Source: Dendrobates tinctorius
Lineage: Eukaryota
Assembly (NCBI RefSeq): GCF_039654945.1
Contig: NW_027361731.1
Span: forward strand, 25,668,001-25,732,000
Direction of reading: 5' to 3'
Length of the DNA stretch: 64,000 nt
Under the pieces are notes generated by a model. It was not told the origin of the DNA. It ran no database searches and saw only the letters and a program-made list of their open reading frames with translations. The stretch's first letter is position 1. The number at the start of each line of letters is the position of its first letter. The position numbers and the translations under genes are program-made. This document shows positions 15,001 through 30,000 of this stretch, in pieces.

Positions 15001-18000
15001 CAGCTCTGGAGTATAATACAGGATGTAACTCAGGATCAGTAATGTAATGTATGTACACAGTGACTGCACCAGCAGAATAATGAGTACAGCTCTGGGGTAT
15101 AATACAGGATGTAACTCAGGATCAGTAATGTAATGTATGTACACAGTGACTGCACCAGCAGAATAGTGAGTGCAGCTCTGGGGTATAATACAGGATGTAA
15201 CCCAGGATCAGTAATGCATGTACACAGTGACTGCACCAGCAGAATAGTGAGTGCAGCTCTGGAGTATAATACAGGATGTAACTCAGGATCAGTAATGTAA
15301 TGTATGTACACAGTGACTGCACCAGCAGAATAGTGAGTGCAGCTCTGGAGTATAATACAGGATGTAACTCAGGATCAGTAATGTAATGTATGTACACAGT
15401 GACTGCACCAGCAGAATAGTGAGTGCAGCTCTGGAGTATAATACAGGATGTAACTCAGGATCAGTAATGTATGTACACAGTGACTGCACCAGCAGAATAG
15501 TGAGTGCAGCCCTGGAGTATAATACAGGATGTAACTCAGGATCAGTAATGTAATGTATGTACACAGTGACTGCACCAGCAGAATAATGAGTACAGCTCTG
15601 GGGTATAATACAGGATGTAACTCAGGATCAGTAATGTATGTACACAGTGACTGCACCAGCAGAATAGTGAGTGCAGCCCTGGAGTATAATACAGGATGTA
15701 ACTCAGGATCAGTAATGTAATGTATGTACACAGTGACTGCACCAGCAGAATAGTGAGTGCAGCTCTGGATTATAATACAGGATGTAACTCAGGATCAGTA
15801 ATGTATGTACACAGTGACTGCACCAGCAGAATAGTGAGTGCAGCCCTGGAGTATAATACAGGATGTAACTCAGGATCAGTAATGTAATGTATGTACACAG
15901 TGACTGCACCAGCAGAATAGTGAGTGCAGCTCTGGGGTATAATACAGGATGTAACTCAGGATCAGTAATGTAATGTATGTACACAGTGACTGCACCAGCA
16001 GAATAGTGAGTGCAGCTCTGGGGTATAATACAGGAAATAACTCAGGATCTGTAATGTAATGTATGTACACAGTGACTGCACCAGCAGAATAGTGAGTGCA
16101 GCTCTGGAGTATAATACAAGATGTAACTCAGGATCTGTAATGTAATGTATGTACACAGTGACTGCACCAGCAGAATAGTGAGTGCAGCTCTGGAGTATAA
16201 TACAGGAGGTAACTCCGGATCAGTAATGTAATGTATGTACACAGTGACTGCACCAGCAGAATAGTGAGTGCAGCTCTGGAGTATAATACAGGATGTAACT
16301 CAGGATTAGTAATGCATGTACACAGTGACTGCACCAGCAGAATAGTGAGCGCAGCTCTGGGGTATAATACAGGATGTAACGCAGGATCAGTAATGTATGT
16401 ACACAGGGACTGCACCAGCAGAATAGTGAGTGCAGCTCTGCAGTATAATACAGGATGTAACTCAGGATCAGAAATGTAATGTATGTACAGAGTGACTGCA
16501 CCAGCAGAATAGTGAGCGCAGCTCTGGAGTATAATACAGGATGTAACTCAGGATCAGTAATGTATGTACACAGTGACTGCACCAGCAGAATAGTGAGCGC
16601 AGCTCTGGGGTATAATACAGGATGTAACGCAGGATCAGTAATGTATGTACACAGTGACTGCACCAGCAGAATAGTGAGTGCAGCTCTGCAGTATAATACA
16701 GGATGTAACTCAGGATCAGTAATGTAATGTATGTACAGAGTGACTGCACCAGCAGAATAGTGAGCGCAGCTCTGGAGTATAATACAGGATGTAACTCAGG
16801 ATCAGTAATGTACATACACAGTGACTTCACCAGCAGAATAGTGAGTGCAGCTCTGGAATATAATACAGGATGTAACTCAGGATCAGTAATGTATGTACAC
16901 AGTGACTGCACCAGCAGAATAGTGAGTACAGCTCTGGAGTATAATACAGGATGTAACTCAGGATCAGTAATGTACATACACAGTGACTTCACCAGCAGAA
17001 TAGTGAGTGCAGCTCTGGAATATAATACAGGATGTAACTCAGGATCAGTAATGTATGTACACAGTGACTGCACCAGCAGAATAGTGAGTGCAGCTCTGGG
17101 GTATAATACAGGATGTAACGCAGGATCAGTAATGCATGTACACAGTGACTGCACCAGCAGAATAGTGAGTGCAGCTCTGGAGTATAATACAGGATGTAAC
17201 TCAGGATCAGTAATGTAATGTATGTACACAGTGACTGCACCAGCAGAATAGTGAGTGCAGCTCTGGAGTATAATACAGGATGTAACTCAGGATCAGTAAT
17301 GTATGTACACACAGTGACTGCACCAGCAGAATAGTGAGTGCAGCCCTGGAGTATAATACAGGATGTAACTCAGGATCAGTAATGTAATGTATGTACACAG
17401 TGACTGCACCAGCAGAATAGTGAGTGCAGCTCTGGGGTACAATACAGGATGTAAGTCAGGATCAGTAATGTAATGTATGTACACAGTGACTGCACCAGCA
17501 GAATAGTGAGTGCAGCTCTGGAGTATAATACAGGATGTAACTCAGGATCAGTAATGTAATGTATGTACACAGTGACTGCACCAGCAGAATAATGAGTACA
17601 GCTCTGGGGTATAATACAGGATGTAACTCAGGATCAGTAATGTAATGTATGTACACAGTGACTGCACCAGCAGAATAGTGAGTGCAGCTCTGGGGTATAA
17701 TACAGGATGTAACTCAGGATCAGTAATGTAATGTATGTACACAGTGACTGCACCAGCAGAATAGTGAGTGCAGCTCTGGGGTATAATACAGGATGTAACT
17801 CAGGATCAGTAATGTACATACACAGTGACTGCACCAGCAGAATAGTGAGTGCAGCTCTGGAGTATAATACAGGATGTAACTCAGGATCAGTAATGTAATG
17901 TAATGTATGTACACAGTGACTGCACCAGCAGAATAGTGAGTGCAGCTCTGGAGTATAATACAGGATGTAACTCAGGATCAGTAATGTAATGTATGTACAC

Positions 18001-21000
18001 AGTGACTGCACCAGCAGAATAGTGAGTGCAGCTCTGGAGTATAATACAGGATGTAACTCAGGATCAGTAATGTATGTACACAGTGACTGCACCAGCAGAA
18101 TAGTGAGTGCAGCTCTGGAGTATAATACAGGATGTAACTCAGGATCAGTAATGTAATGTATGTACACAGTGACTGCACCAGCAGAATAATGAGTACAGCT
18201 CTGGGGTATAATACAGGATGTAACTCAGGATCAGTAATGTATGTAAACAGTGACTGCACCAGCAGAATAGTGAGTGCAGCCCTGGAGTATAATACAGGAT
18301 GTAACTCAGGATCAGTAATGTAATGTATGTACACAGTGACTGCACCAGCAGAATAATGAGTACAGCTCTGGGGTATAATACAGGATGTAACTCAGGATCA
18401 GTAATGTATGTACACAGTGACTGCACCAGCAGAATAGTGAGTGCAGCCCTGGAGTATAATACAGGATGTAACTCAGGATCAGTAATGTATGTACACAGTG
18501 ACTGCACCAGCAGAATAGTGAGCGCAGCTCTGGAGTATAATAGAGGATGTAACTCAGGATCAGTAATGTAATGTATGTACACAGTGACTGCACCAGCAGA
18601 ATAGTGAGTGCAGCTCTGGAGTATAATACAGGATGTAACTCAGGATTAGTAATGCATGTACACAGTGACTGCACCAGCAGAATAGTGAGCGCAGCTCTGG
18701 GGTATAATACAGGATGTAACGCAGGATCAGTAATGTATGTACACAGGGACTGCACCAGCAGAATAGTGAGTGCAGCTCTGCAGTATAATACAGGATGTAA
18801 CTCAGGATCAGTAATGTAATGTATGTACAGAGTGACTGCACCAGCAGAATAGTGAGCGCAGCTCTGGAGTATAATACAGGATGTAACTCAGGATCAGTAA
18901 TGTATGTACACAGTGACTGCACCAGCAGAATAGTGAGCGCAGCTCTGGGGTATAATACAGGATGTAACGCAGGATCAGTAATGTATGTACACAGTGACTG
19001 CACCAGCAGAATAGTGAGTGCAGCTCTGCAGTATAATACAGGATGTAACTCAGGATCAGTAATGTAATGTATGTACAGAGTGACTGCACCAGCAGAATAG
19101 TGAGCGCAGCTCTGGAGTATAATACAGGATGTAACTCAGGATCAGTAATGTACATACACAGTGACTTCACCAGCAGAATAGTGAGTGCAGCTCTGGAATA
19201 TAATACAGGATGTAACTCAGGATCAGTAATGTATGTACACAGTGACTGCACCAGCAGAATAGTGAGTGCAGCTCTGGGGTATAATACAGGATGTAACTCA
19301 GGATCAGTAATGTACATACACAGTGACTTCACCAGCAGAATAGTGAGTGCAGCTCTGGGGTATAATACAGGATGTAACGCAGGATCAGTAATGCATGTAC
19401 ACAGTGACTGCACCAGCAGAATAGTGAGTGCAGCTCTGGAGTATAATACAGGATGTAACTCAGGATCAGTAATGTAATGTATGTACACAGTGACTGCACC
19501 AGCAGAATAGTGAGTGCAGCTCTGGAGTATAATACAGGATGTAACTCAGGATCAGTAATGTATGTACACACAGTGACTGCACCAGCAGAATAGTGAGTGC
19601 AGCCCTGGAGTATAATACAGGATGCAACTCAGGATCAGTAATGTAATGTATGTACACAGTGACTGCACCAGCAGAATAGTGAGTGCAGCTCTGGAGTATA
19701 ATACAGGATGTAGCTCAGGATCAGTAATGTAATGTATGTACACAGTGACTGCACCAGCAGAATAGTGAGTGCAGCTCTGGGGTATAATACAGGATGTAAC
19801 TCAGGATCAGTAATGTACATACACAGTGACTGCACCAGCAGAATAGTGAGTGCAGCTCTGGAGTATAATACAGGATGTAACTCAGGATCAGTAATGTAAT
19901 GTAATGTATGTACACAGTGACTGCACCAGCAGAATATTGAGTGCAGCTCTGGAGTATAATACAGGATGTAACTCAGGATCAGTAATGTCATGTATGTACA
20001 CAGTGACTGCACCAGCAGAATAGTGAGTGCAGCTCTGGAGTATAATACAGGATGTAACTCAGGATCAGTAATGTATGTACACAGTGACTGCACCAGCAGA
20101 ATAGTGAGTGCAGCCCTGGAGTATAATACAGGATGTAACTCAGGATCAGTAATGTAATGTATGTACACAGTGACTGCACCAGCAGAATAGTGAGTGCAGC
20201 TCTGGAGTATAATACAGGATGTAACTCAGGATCAGTAATGTATGTACACAGTGACTGCACCAGCAGAATAGTGAGTGCAGCTCTGGAGTATAATACAGGA
20301 TGTAACTCAGGATCAGTAATGTAATGTATGTACACAGTGACTGCACTAGCAGAATAGTGAGTGCAGCTCTGGAGTATAATACAGGATGTAACTCAGGATC
20401 AGTAATGTATGTACACAGTGACTGCACCAGCAGAATAGTGAGTGCAGCCCTGGAGTATAATACAGGATGTAACTCAGGATCAGTAATGTAATGTATGTAC
20501 ACAGTGACTGCACCAGCAGAATAGTGAGTGCAGCTCTGGGGTATAATACAGGATGTAACCCAGGATCAGTAATGTATGTACACAGTGACTGCACCAGCAG
20601 AATAGTGAGTGCAGCTCTGGGGTATAATACAGAATGTAACTCAGGATCAGTAACGTATGTACAAAGTGACTGCACCAGCAGAATAGTGAGTGCAGCTCTG
20701 GAGTATAATACAGGATGTAACTCAGGATCAGTAATGTATTGTATGTACACAGTGACTGCACCAGCAGAATAGTGAGTGCAGCTCTGGGGTATAATACAGG
20801 ATGTAACTCAGGATCAGTAATGTAATGTATGTACACAGTGACTGCACCAGCAGAATAGTGAGTGCAGCTCTGGGGTATAATACAGGATGTAACTCAGGAT
20901 CAGTAATGTATGTACACAGTGATTGCACCAGCAGAATAGTGAGTGCAGCTCTGGGGTATAATACAGGATGTAACTCAGGATCAGTAATGTAATGTATGTA

Positions 21001-24000
21001 CACAGTGACTGCACCAGCAGAATAGTGAGTGCAGCTCTGGGGTATAATTCAGGATGTAACTCAGGATCAGTAATGTATGTACACAGTGACTGCACCAGCA
21101 GAATAGTGAGTGCAGCTCTGGAGGATAATACAGGATGTAACTCAGGATCAGTAATGTATGTACACAGTGATTGCACCAGCAGAATAGTGAGTGCAGCTCT
21201 GGGGTATAATACAGGATGTAACTTAGGATCAGTAATGTAATGTATGTACACAGTGACTGCACCAGCAGAATAGTGAGTGCAGCTCTGGAGTATAATACAG
21301 GATGTAACTCAGGATCAGTAATGTAATGTATGTACACAGTGACTGCACCAGCAGAATAGTGAGTGCAGCTCTGGGGTATAATACAGGAGGTAACTCAGGA
21401 TCAGTAATGCAATGTATGTACACAGTAACTGCACCAGCAGAATAGTGAGTGCAGCTCTGGAGTATAATACAGGAGGTAACTCAGGATCAGTAATGTAATG
21501 TATGTACACAGTAACTGCACCAGCAGAATAGTGAGTGCAGCTCTGGCGTATAATACAGGAGGTAACTCAGGATCAGTAATGTAATGTATGTACACAGTAA
21601 CTGCACCAGCAGAATAGTGAGTGCAGCTCTGGAGTATAATACAGGATGTAACTCAGGATCAGTAATGTAATGTATGTACACAGTGACTGCACCACCAGAA
21701 TAGTGAGTGCAGCCCTGGAGTATAATACAGAATGTAACTCAGGATCAGTAATGTAATGTATGTACACAGTGACTGCACCAGCAGAATAGTGAGTGCAGCT
21801 CTGGGGTATAAATACAGAATGTAACTCAGGATCAGTAATGTCATGTATGTACACAGTGACTGCACCAGCAGAATAGTGAGTGCAGCTCTGGAGTATAATA
21901 CAGGATGTAACTCAGGATCAGTAATGTATGTACACAGTGACTGCACCAGCAGAATAGTGAGTGCAGCCCTGGAGTATAATACAGGATGTAACTCGGGATC
22001 AGTAATGTAATGTATGTACACAGTGACTGCACCAGCAGAATAGTGAGTGCAGCTCTGGAGTATAATACAGGAGGTAACTCAGGATCAGTAATGTAATGTA
22101 TGTACACAGTAACTGCACCAGGAGAATAGTGAGTGCAGCTCTGGAGTATAATACAGGATGTAACTCAGGATCAGTAATGTAATGTATGTACACAGTGACT
22201 GCACCAGCAGAATAGTGAGTGCAGCTCTGGAGTATAATACAGGAGGTAACTCAGGATCAGTAATGTATGTACACAGTAACTGCACCAGCAGAATAGTGAG
22301 TGCAGCTCTGGAGTATAATACAGGAGGTAACTCAGGATCAGTAATGTAATGTATGTACACAGTAACTGCACCAGCAGAATAGTGAGTGCAGCTCTGGGGT
22401 ATAATACAGAATGTAACTCAGGATCAGTAATGTAATGTATGTACACAGTGACTGCACCAGCAGAATAGTGAGTGCAGCTCTGGGGTATAAATACAGAATG
22501 TAACTCAGGATCAGTAATGTCATGTATGTACACAGTGACTGCACCAGCAGAATAGTGAGTGCAGCTCTGGAGTATAATACAGGATGTAACTCAGGATCAG
22601 TAATGTATGTACACAGTGACTGCACCAGCAGAATAGTGAGTGCAGCTCTGGAGTATAATACAGAATGTAACTCAGGATCAGTAATGTCATGTATGTACAC
22701 AGTGACTGCCCCAGCAGAATAGTGAGTGCAGCTCTGGGGTATAATACAGGATGTAACTCAGGATCAGTAATGTATGTACACAGTGACTGCACCAGCAGAA
22801 TAGTGAGTGCAGCTCTAGGGTATAATACAGGATGTAACTCAGGATCTGTAATGTAATGTATGTACACCGTGACTGCACCAGCAGAATTGTGAGTGCAGCT
22901 CTGGGGTGTAATACAGGAAATAACTCAGGATCAGTAATGTAATGTATGTACACAGTGACTGCACCAGCAGAATAGTGAGTGCAGCTCTGGAGTATAATAC
23001 AGGATGTAACTCAGGATCAGTAATGTAATGTATGTACACAGTGACTGCACCAGCAGAATAGTGAGTGCAGCTCTGGGGTATAATACAGGAAATAACTCAG
23101 GATCTGTAATGTAATGTATGTACACAGTGACTGCACCAGCAGAATAGTGAGTGCAGCTCTGGAGTATAATACAAGATGTAACTCAGGATCTGTAATGTAA
23201 TGCATGTACACAGTGACTGCACCAGCAGAATAGTGAGTGCAGCTCTGGGGTATAATACAGGATGTAACTCAGGATCTGTAATGCAATGTATGTACACAGT
23301 GACTGCACCAGCAGAATAGTGAGTGCAGCTCTGGAGTATAATACAGGATGTAACTCAGGATTAGTAATGTAATGTATGTACACAGTGACTGCACCAGCAG
23401 AATGGTGAGTGCAGCTCTGGGGTATAATACAGGATTTAACTCAGGATCTGTAATGCAATGTATGTACACAGTGACTGCACCAGCAGAATAGTGAGTGCAG
23501 CTCTGGGGTATAATACAGGATGTAACTCAGGATCAGTAATGTAATGTATGTACACAGAGACTGCACCAGCAGAATAGTGAGTGCAGCTCTGGAGTATAAT
23601 ACAGGATGTAACTCAGGATCAGTAATGTAATGTATGTACACAGAGACTGCACCAGCAGAATAATGAGTGCAGCTCTGGAGTATAATACAGGATGTAACTC
23701 AGGATCAGTAATGTAATGTATGTACAGAGTGACTGCACCAGCAGAATAGTGAGCGCAGCTCTGGAGTATAATACAGGATGTAACTCAGGATCAGTAATGT
23801 AATGTATGTACACAGTGACTGCACCAGCAGAATAGTGAGTGCAGCTCTGGGGTATAATACAGGATGTAACTCAGGATCAGTAATGTAATGTATGTACACA
23901 GAGACTGCACCAGCAGAATAGTGAGTGCAGCTCTGGAGTATAATACAGGATGTAACTCAGGATCAGTAATGTAATGTATGTACAGAGTGACTGCACCAGC

Positions 24001-27000
24001 AGAATAGTGAGCGCAGCTCTGGAGTATAATACAGGATGTAACTCAGGATCAGTAATGTATGTACACAGTGACTGCACCAGCAGAATAGTGAGCGCAGCTC
24101 TGGGGTATAATACAGGATGTAACGCAGGATCAGTAATGTATGTACACAGTGACTGCACCAGCAGAATAGTGAGTGCAGCTCTGCAGTATAATACAGGATG
24201 TAACTCAGGATCAGTAATGTAATGTATGTACAGAGTGACTGCACCAGCAGAATAGTGAGCGCAGCTCTGGAGTATAATACAGGATGTAACTCAGGATCAG
24301 TAATGTACATACACAGTGACTTCACCAGCAGAATAGTGAGTGCAGCTCTGGAATATAATACAGGATGTAACTCAGGATCAGTAATGTATGTACACAGTGA
24401 CTGCACCAGCAGAATAGTGAGTGCAGCTCTGGGGTATAATACAGGATGTAACTCAGGATCAGTAATGTACATACACAGTGACTTCACCAGCAGAATAGTG
24501 AGTGCAGCTCTGGGGTATAATACAGGATGTAACGCAGGATCAGTAATGCATGTACACAGTGACTGCACCAGCAGAATAGTGAGTGCAGCTCTGGAGTATA
24601 ATACAGGATGTAACTCAGGATCAGTAATGTAATGTATGTACACAGTGACTGCACCAGCAGAATAGTGAGTGCAGCCCTGGAGTATAATACAGGATGTAAC
24701 TCAGGATCAGTAATGTAATGTATGTACACAGTGACTGCACCAGCAGAATAATGAGTACAGCTCTGGGGTATAATACAGGATGTAACTCAGGATCAGTAAT
24801 GTAATGTATGTACACAGTGACTGCACCAGCAGAATAGTGAGTGCAGCTCTGGGGTATAATACAGGATGTAACTCAGGATCAGTAATGCATGTACACAGTG
24901 ACTGCACCAGCAGAATAGTGAGTGCAGCTCTGGAGTATAATACAGGATGTAACTCAGGATCAGTAATGTAATGTATGTACACAGTGACTGCACCAGCAGA
25001 ATAGTGAGTGCAGCTCTGGAGTATAATACAGGATGTAACTCAGGATCAGTAATGTAATGTATGTACACAGTGACTGCACCAGCAGAATAATGAGTACAGC
25101 TCTGGGGTATAATACAGGATGTAACTCAGGATCAGTAATGTAATGTATGTACACAGTGACTGCACCAGCAGAATAGTGAGTGCAGCTCTGGAGTATAACA
25201 CAGGATGTAACTCAGGATCAGTAATGTAATGTATGTACACAGTGACTGCACCAGCAGAATAGTGAGTGCAGTTCTGGGGTATAATACAGGATGTAACCCA
25301 GGATCAGTAATGCATGTACACAGTGACTGCACCAGCAGAATAGTGAGTGCAGCCCTGGAGTATAATACAGGATGTAACTCAGGATCAGTAATGTAATGTA
25401 TGTACACAGTGACTGCACCAGCAGAATAATGAGTACAGCTCTGGGGTATAATACAGGATGTAACTCAGGATCAGTAATGTATGTACACAGTGACTGCACC
25501 AGCAGAATAGTGAGTGCAGCCCTGGAGTATAATACAGGATGTAACTCAGGATCAGTAATGTAATGTATGTACACAGTGACTGCACCAGCAGAATAATGAG
25601 TACAGCTCTGGGGTATAATACAGGATGTAACTCAGGATCAGTAATGTATGTACACAGTGACTGCACCAGCAGAATAGTGAGTGCAGCCCTGGAGTATAAT
25701 ACAGGATGTAACTCAGGATCAGTAATGTAATGTATGTACACAGTGACTGCACCAGCAGAATAGTGAGTGCAGCTCTGGATTATAATACAGGATGTAACTC
25801 AGGATCAGTAATGTATGTACACAGTGACTGCACCAGCAGAATAGTGAGTGCAGCCCTGGAGTATAATACAGGATGTAACTCAGGATCAGTAATGTAATGT
25901 ATGTACACAGTGACTGCACCAGCAGAATAGTGAGTGCAGCTCTGGAGTATAATACAAGATGTAACTCAGGATCTGTAATGTAATGTATGTACACAGTGAC
26001 TGCACCAGCAGAATAGTGAGTGCAGCTCTGGAGTATAATACAGGAGGTAACTCCGGATCAGTAATGTAATGTATGTACACAGTGACTGCACCAGCAGAAT
26101 AGTGAGTGCAGCTCTGGAGTATAATACAGGATGTAACTCAGGATTAGTAATGCATGTACACAGTGACTGCACCAGCAGAATAGTGAGCGCAGCTCTGGGG
26201 TATAATACAGGATGTAACGCAGGATCAGTAATGTATGTACACAGGGACTGCACCAGCAGAATAGTGAGTGCAGCTCTGCAGTATAATACAGGATGTAACT
26301 CAGGATCAGTAATGTAATGTATGTACAGAGTGACTGCACCAGCAGAATAGTGAGCGCAGCTCTGGAGTATAATACAGGATGTAACTCAGGATCAGTAATG
26401 TATGTACACAGTGACTGCACCAGCAGAATAGTGAGCGCAGCTCTGGGGTATAATACAGGATGTAACGCAGGATCAGTAATGTATGTACACAGTGACTGCA
26501 CCAGCAGAATAGTGAGTGCAGCTCTGCAGTATAATACAGGATGTAACTCAGGATCAGTAATGTACATACACAGTGACTTCACCAGCAGAATAGTGAGTGC
26601 AGCTCTGGAATATAATACAGGATGTAACTCAGGATCAGTAATGTATGTACACAGTGACTGCACCAGCAGAATAGTGAGTGCAACTCTGGGGTATAATACA
26701 GGATGTAACTCAGGATCAGTAATGTACATACACAGTGACTTCACCAGCAGAATAGTGAGTGCAGCTCTGGAATATAATACAGGATGTAACTCAGGATCAG
26801 TAATGTATGTACACAGTGACTGCACCAGCAGAATAGTGAGTGCAGCTCTGGAGTATAATACAGGATGTAACTCAGGATCAATAATGTAATGTATGTACAC
26901 AGTGACTGCACCAGCAGAATAGTGAGTGCAGCTCTGGAGTATAATACAGGATGTAACTCAGGATCAGTAATGTATGTACACACAGTGACTGCACCAGCAG

Positions 27001-30000
27001 AATAGTGAGTGCAGCCCTGGAGTATAATACAGGATGTAACTCAGGATCTGTAATGTAATGTATGTACACAGTGACTGCACCAGCAGAATAGTGAGTGCAG
27101 CTCTGGGGTACAATACAGGATGTAAGTCAGGATCAGTAATGTAATGTATGTACACAGTGACTGCACCAGCAGAATAGTGAGTGCAGCTCTGGAGTATAAT
27201 ACAGGATGTAACTCAGGATCAGTAATGTAATGTATGTACACAGTGACTGCACCAGCAGAATAGTGAGTGCAGCTCTGGGGTATAATACAGGATGTAACTC
27301 AGGATCAGTAATGTACATACACAGTGACTGCACCAGCAGAATAGTGAGTGCAGCTCTGGAGTATAATACAGGATGTAACTCAGGATCAGTAATGTAATGT
27401 AATGTTTGTACACAGTGACTGCACCAGCAGAATAGTGAGTGCAGCTCTGGAGTATAATACAGGATGTAACTCAGGATCAGTAATGTAATGTATGTACACA
27501 GTGACTGCACCAGCAGAATAGTGAGTGCAGCTCTGGAGTATAATACAGGATGTAACTCAGGATCAGTAATGTATGTACACAGTGACTGCACCAGCAGAAT
27601 AGTGAGTGCAGCTCTGGAGTATAATACAGGATGTAACTCAGGATCAGTAATGTAATGTATGTAAACAGTGACTGCACCAGCAGAATAGTGAGTGCAGCTC
27701 TGGAGTATAATACAGGAGGTAACTCAGGATCAGTAATGTAATGTATGTACACAGTAACTGCACCAGCAGAATAGTGAGTGCAGCTCTGGAGTATAATACA
27801 GGATGTAACTCAGGATCAGTAATGTAATGTATGTACACAGTGACTGCACCAGCAGAATAGTGAGTGCAGCTCTGGAGTATAATACAGGAGGTAACTCAGG
27901 ATCAGTAATGTATGTACACAGTAACTGCACCAGCAGAATAGTGAGTGCAGCTCTGGAGTATAATACAGGAGGTAACTCAGGATCAGTAATGTAATGTATG
28001 TACACAGTGACTGCACCAGCAGAATAGTGAGTGCAGCTCTGGGGTATAATACAGAATGTAACTCAGGATCAGTAATGTAATGTATGTACACAGTGACTGC
28101 ACCAGCAGAATAGTGAGTGCAGCTCTGGGGTATAAATACAGAATGTAACTCAGGATCAGTAATGTCATGTATGTACACAGTGACTGCACCAGCAGAATAG
28201 TGAGTGCAGCTCTGGAGTATAATACAGGATGTAACTCAGGATCAGTAATGTATGTACACAGTGACTGCCCCAGCAGAATAGTGAGTGCAGCTCTGGGGTA
28301 TAATACAGGATGTAGCTCAGGATCAGTAATGTAATGTATGTACACAGTGACTGCACCAGCAGAATAGTGAGTGCAGCTCTGGGGTATAATACAGGATGTA
28401 ACTCAGGATCTGTAATGTAATGTATGTACACAGTGACTGCACCAGCAGAATAGTGAGTGCAGCTCTGGGGTGTAATACAGGAAATAACTCAGGATCAGTA
28501 ATGTAATGTATGTACACAGTGACTGCACCAGCAGAATAGTGAGTGCAGCTCTGGAGTATAATACAGGATGTAACTCAGGATCAGTAATGTAATGTATGTA
28601 CACAGTGACTGCACCAGCAGAATAGTGAGTGCAGCTCTGGGGTATAATACAGGAAATAACTCAGGATCTGTAATGTAATGTATGTACACAGTGACTGCAC
28701 CAGCAGAATAGTGAGTGCAGCTCTGGAGTATAATACAAGATGTAACTCAGGATCTGTAATGTAATGTATGTACACAGTGACTGCACCAGCAGAATAGTGA
28801 GTGCAGCTCTGGAGTATAATACAGGAGGTAACTCCGGATCAGTAATGTAATGTATGTACACAGTGACTGCACCAGCAGAATAGTGAGTGCAGCTCTGGAG
28901 TATAATACAGGATGTAACTCAGGATTAGTAATGCATGTACACAGGGACTGCACCAGCAGAATAGTGAGTGCAGCTCTGCAGTATAATACAGGATGTAACT
29001 CAGGATCAGTAATGTAATGTATGTACAGAGTGACTGCACCAGCAGAATAGTGAGCGCAGCTCTGGAGTATAATACAGGATGTAACTCAGGATCAGTAATG
29101 TACATACACAGTGACTTCACCAGCAGAATAGTGAGTGCAGCTCTGGAATATAATACAGGATGTAACTCAGGATCAGTAATGTATGTACACAGTGACTGCA
29201 CCAGCAGAATAGTGAGTGCAGCTCTGGAGTATAATACAGGATGTAACTCAGGATCAGTAATGTACATACACAGTGACTTCACCAGCAGAATAGTGAGTGC
29301 AGCTCTGGAATATAATACAGGATGTAACTCAGGATCAGTAATGTATGTACACAGTGACTGCACCAGCAGAATAGTGAGTGCAGCTCTGGGGTATAATACA
29401 GGATGTAACGCAGGATCAGTAATGCATGTACACAGTGACTGCACCAGCAGAATAGTGAGTGCAGCTCTGGAGTATAATACAGGATGTAACTCAGGATCAG
29501 TAATGTAATGTATGTACACAGTGACTGCACCAGCAGAATAGTGAGTGCAGCCCTGGAGTATAATACAGGATGTAACTCAGGATCAGTAATGTAATGTATG
29601 TACACAGTGACTGCACCAGCAGAATAATGAGTACAGCTCTGGGGTATAATACAGGATGTAACTCAGGATCATTAATGTAATGTACACAGTGACTGCACCA
29701 GCAGAATAGTGAGTGCAGCTCTGAAGTATAATACAGGATGTAACTCAGGATCAGTAATGTAATGTATGTACACAGTGACTGCACCAGCAGAATAATGAGT
29801 ACAGCTCTGGGGTATAATACAGGATGTAACTCAGGATCAGTAATGTAATGTATGTACACAGTGACTGCACCAGCAGAATAGTGAGTGCAGCTCTGGAGTA
29901 TAATACAGGATGTAACGCAGGATCAGTAATGCATGTACACAGTGACTGCACCAGCAGAATAGTGAGTGCAGCTCTGGAGTATAATACAGGATGTAACTCA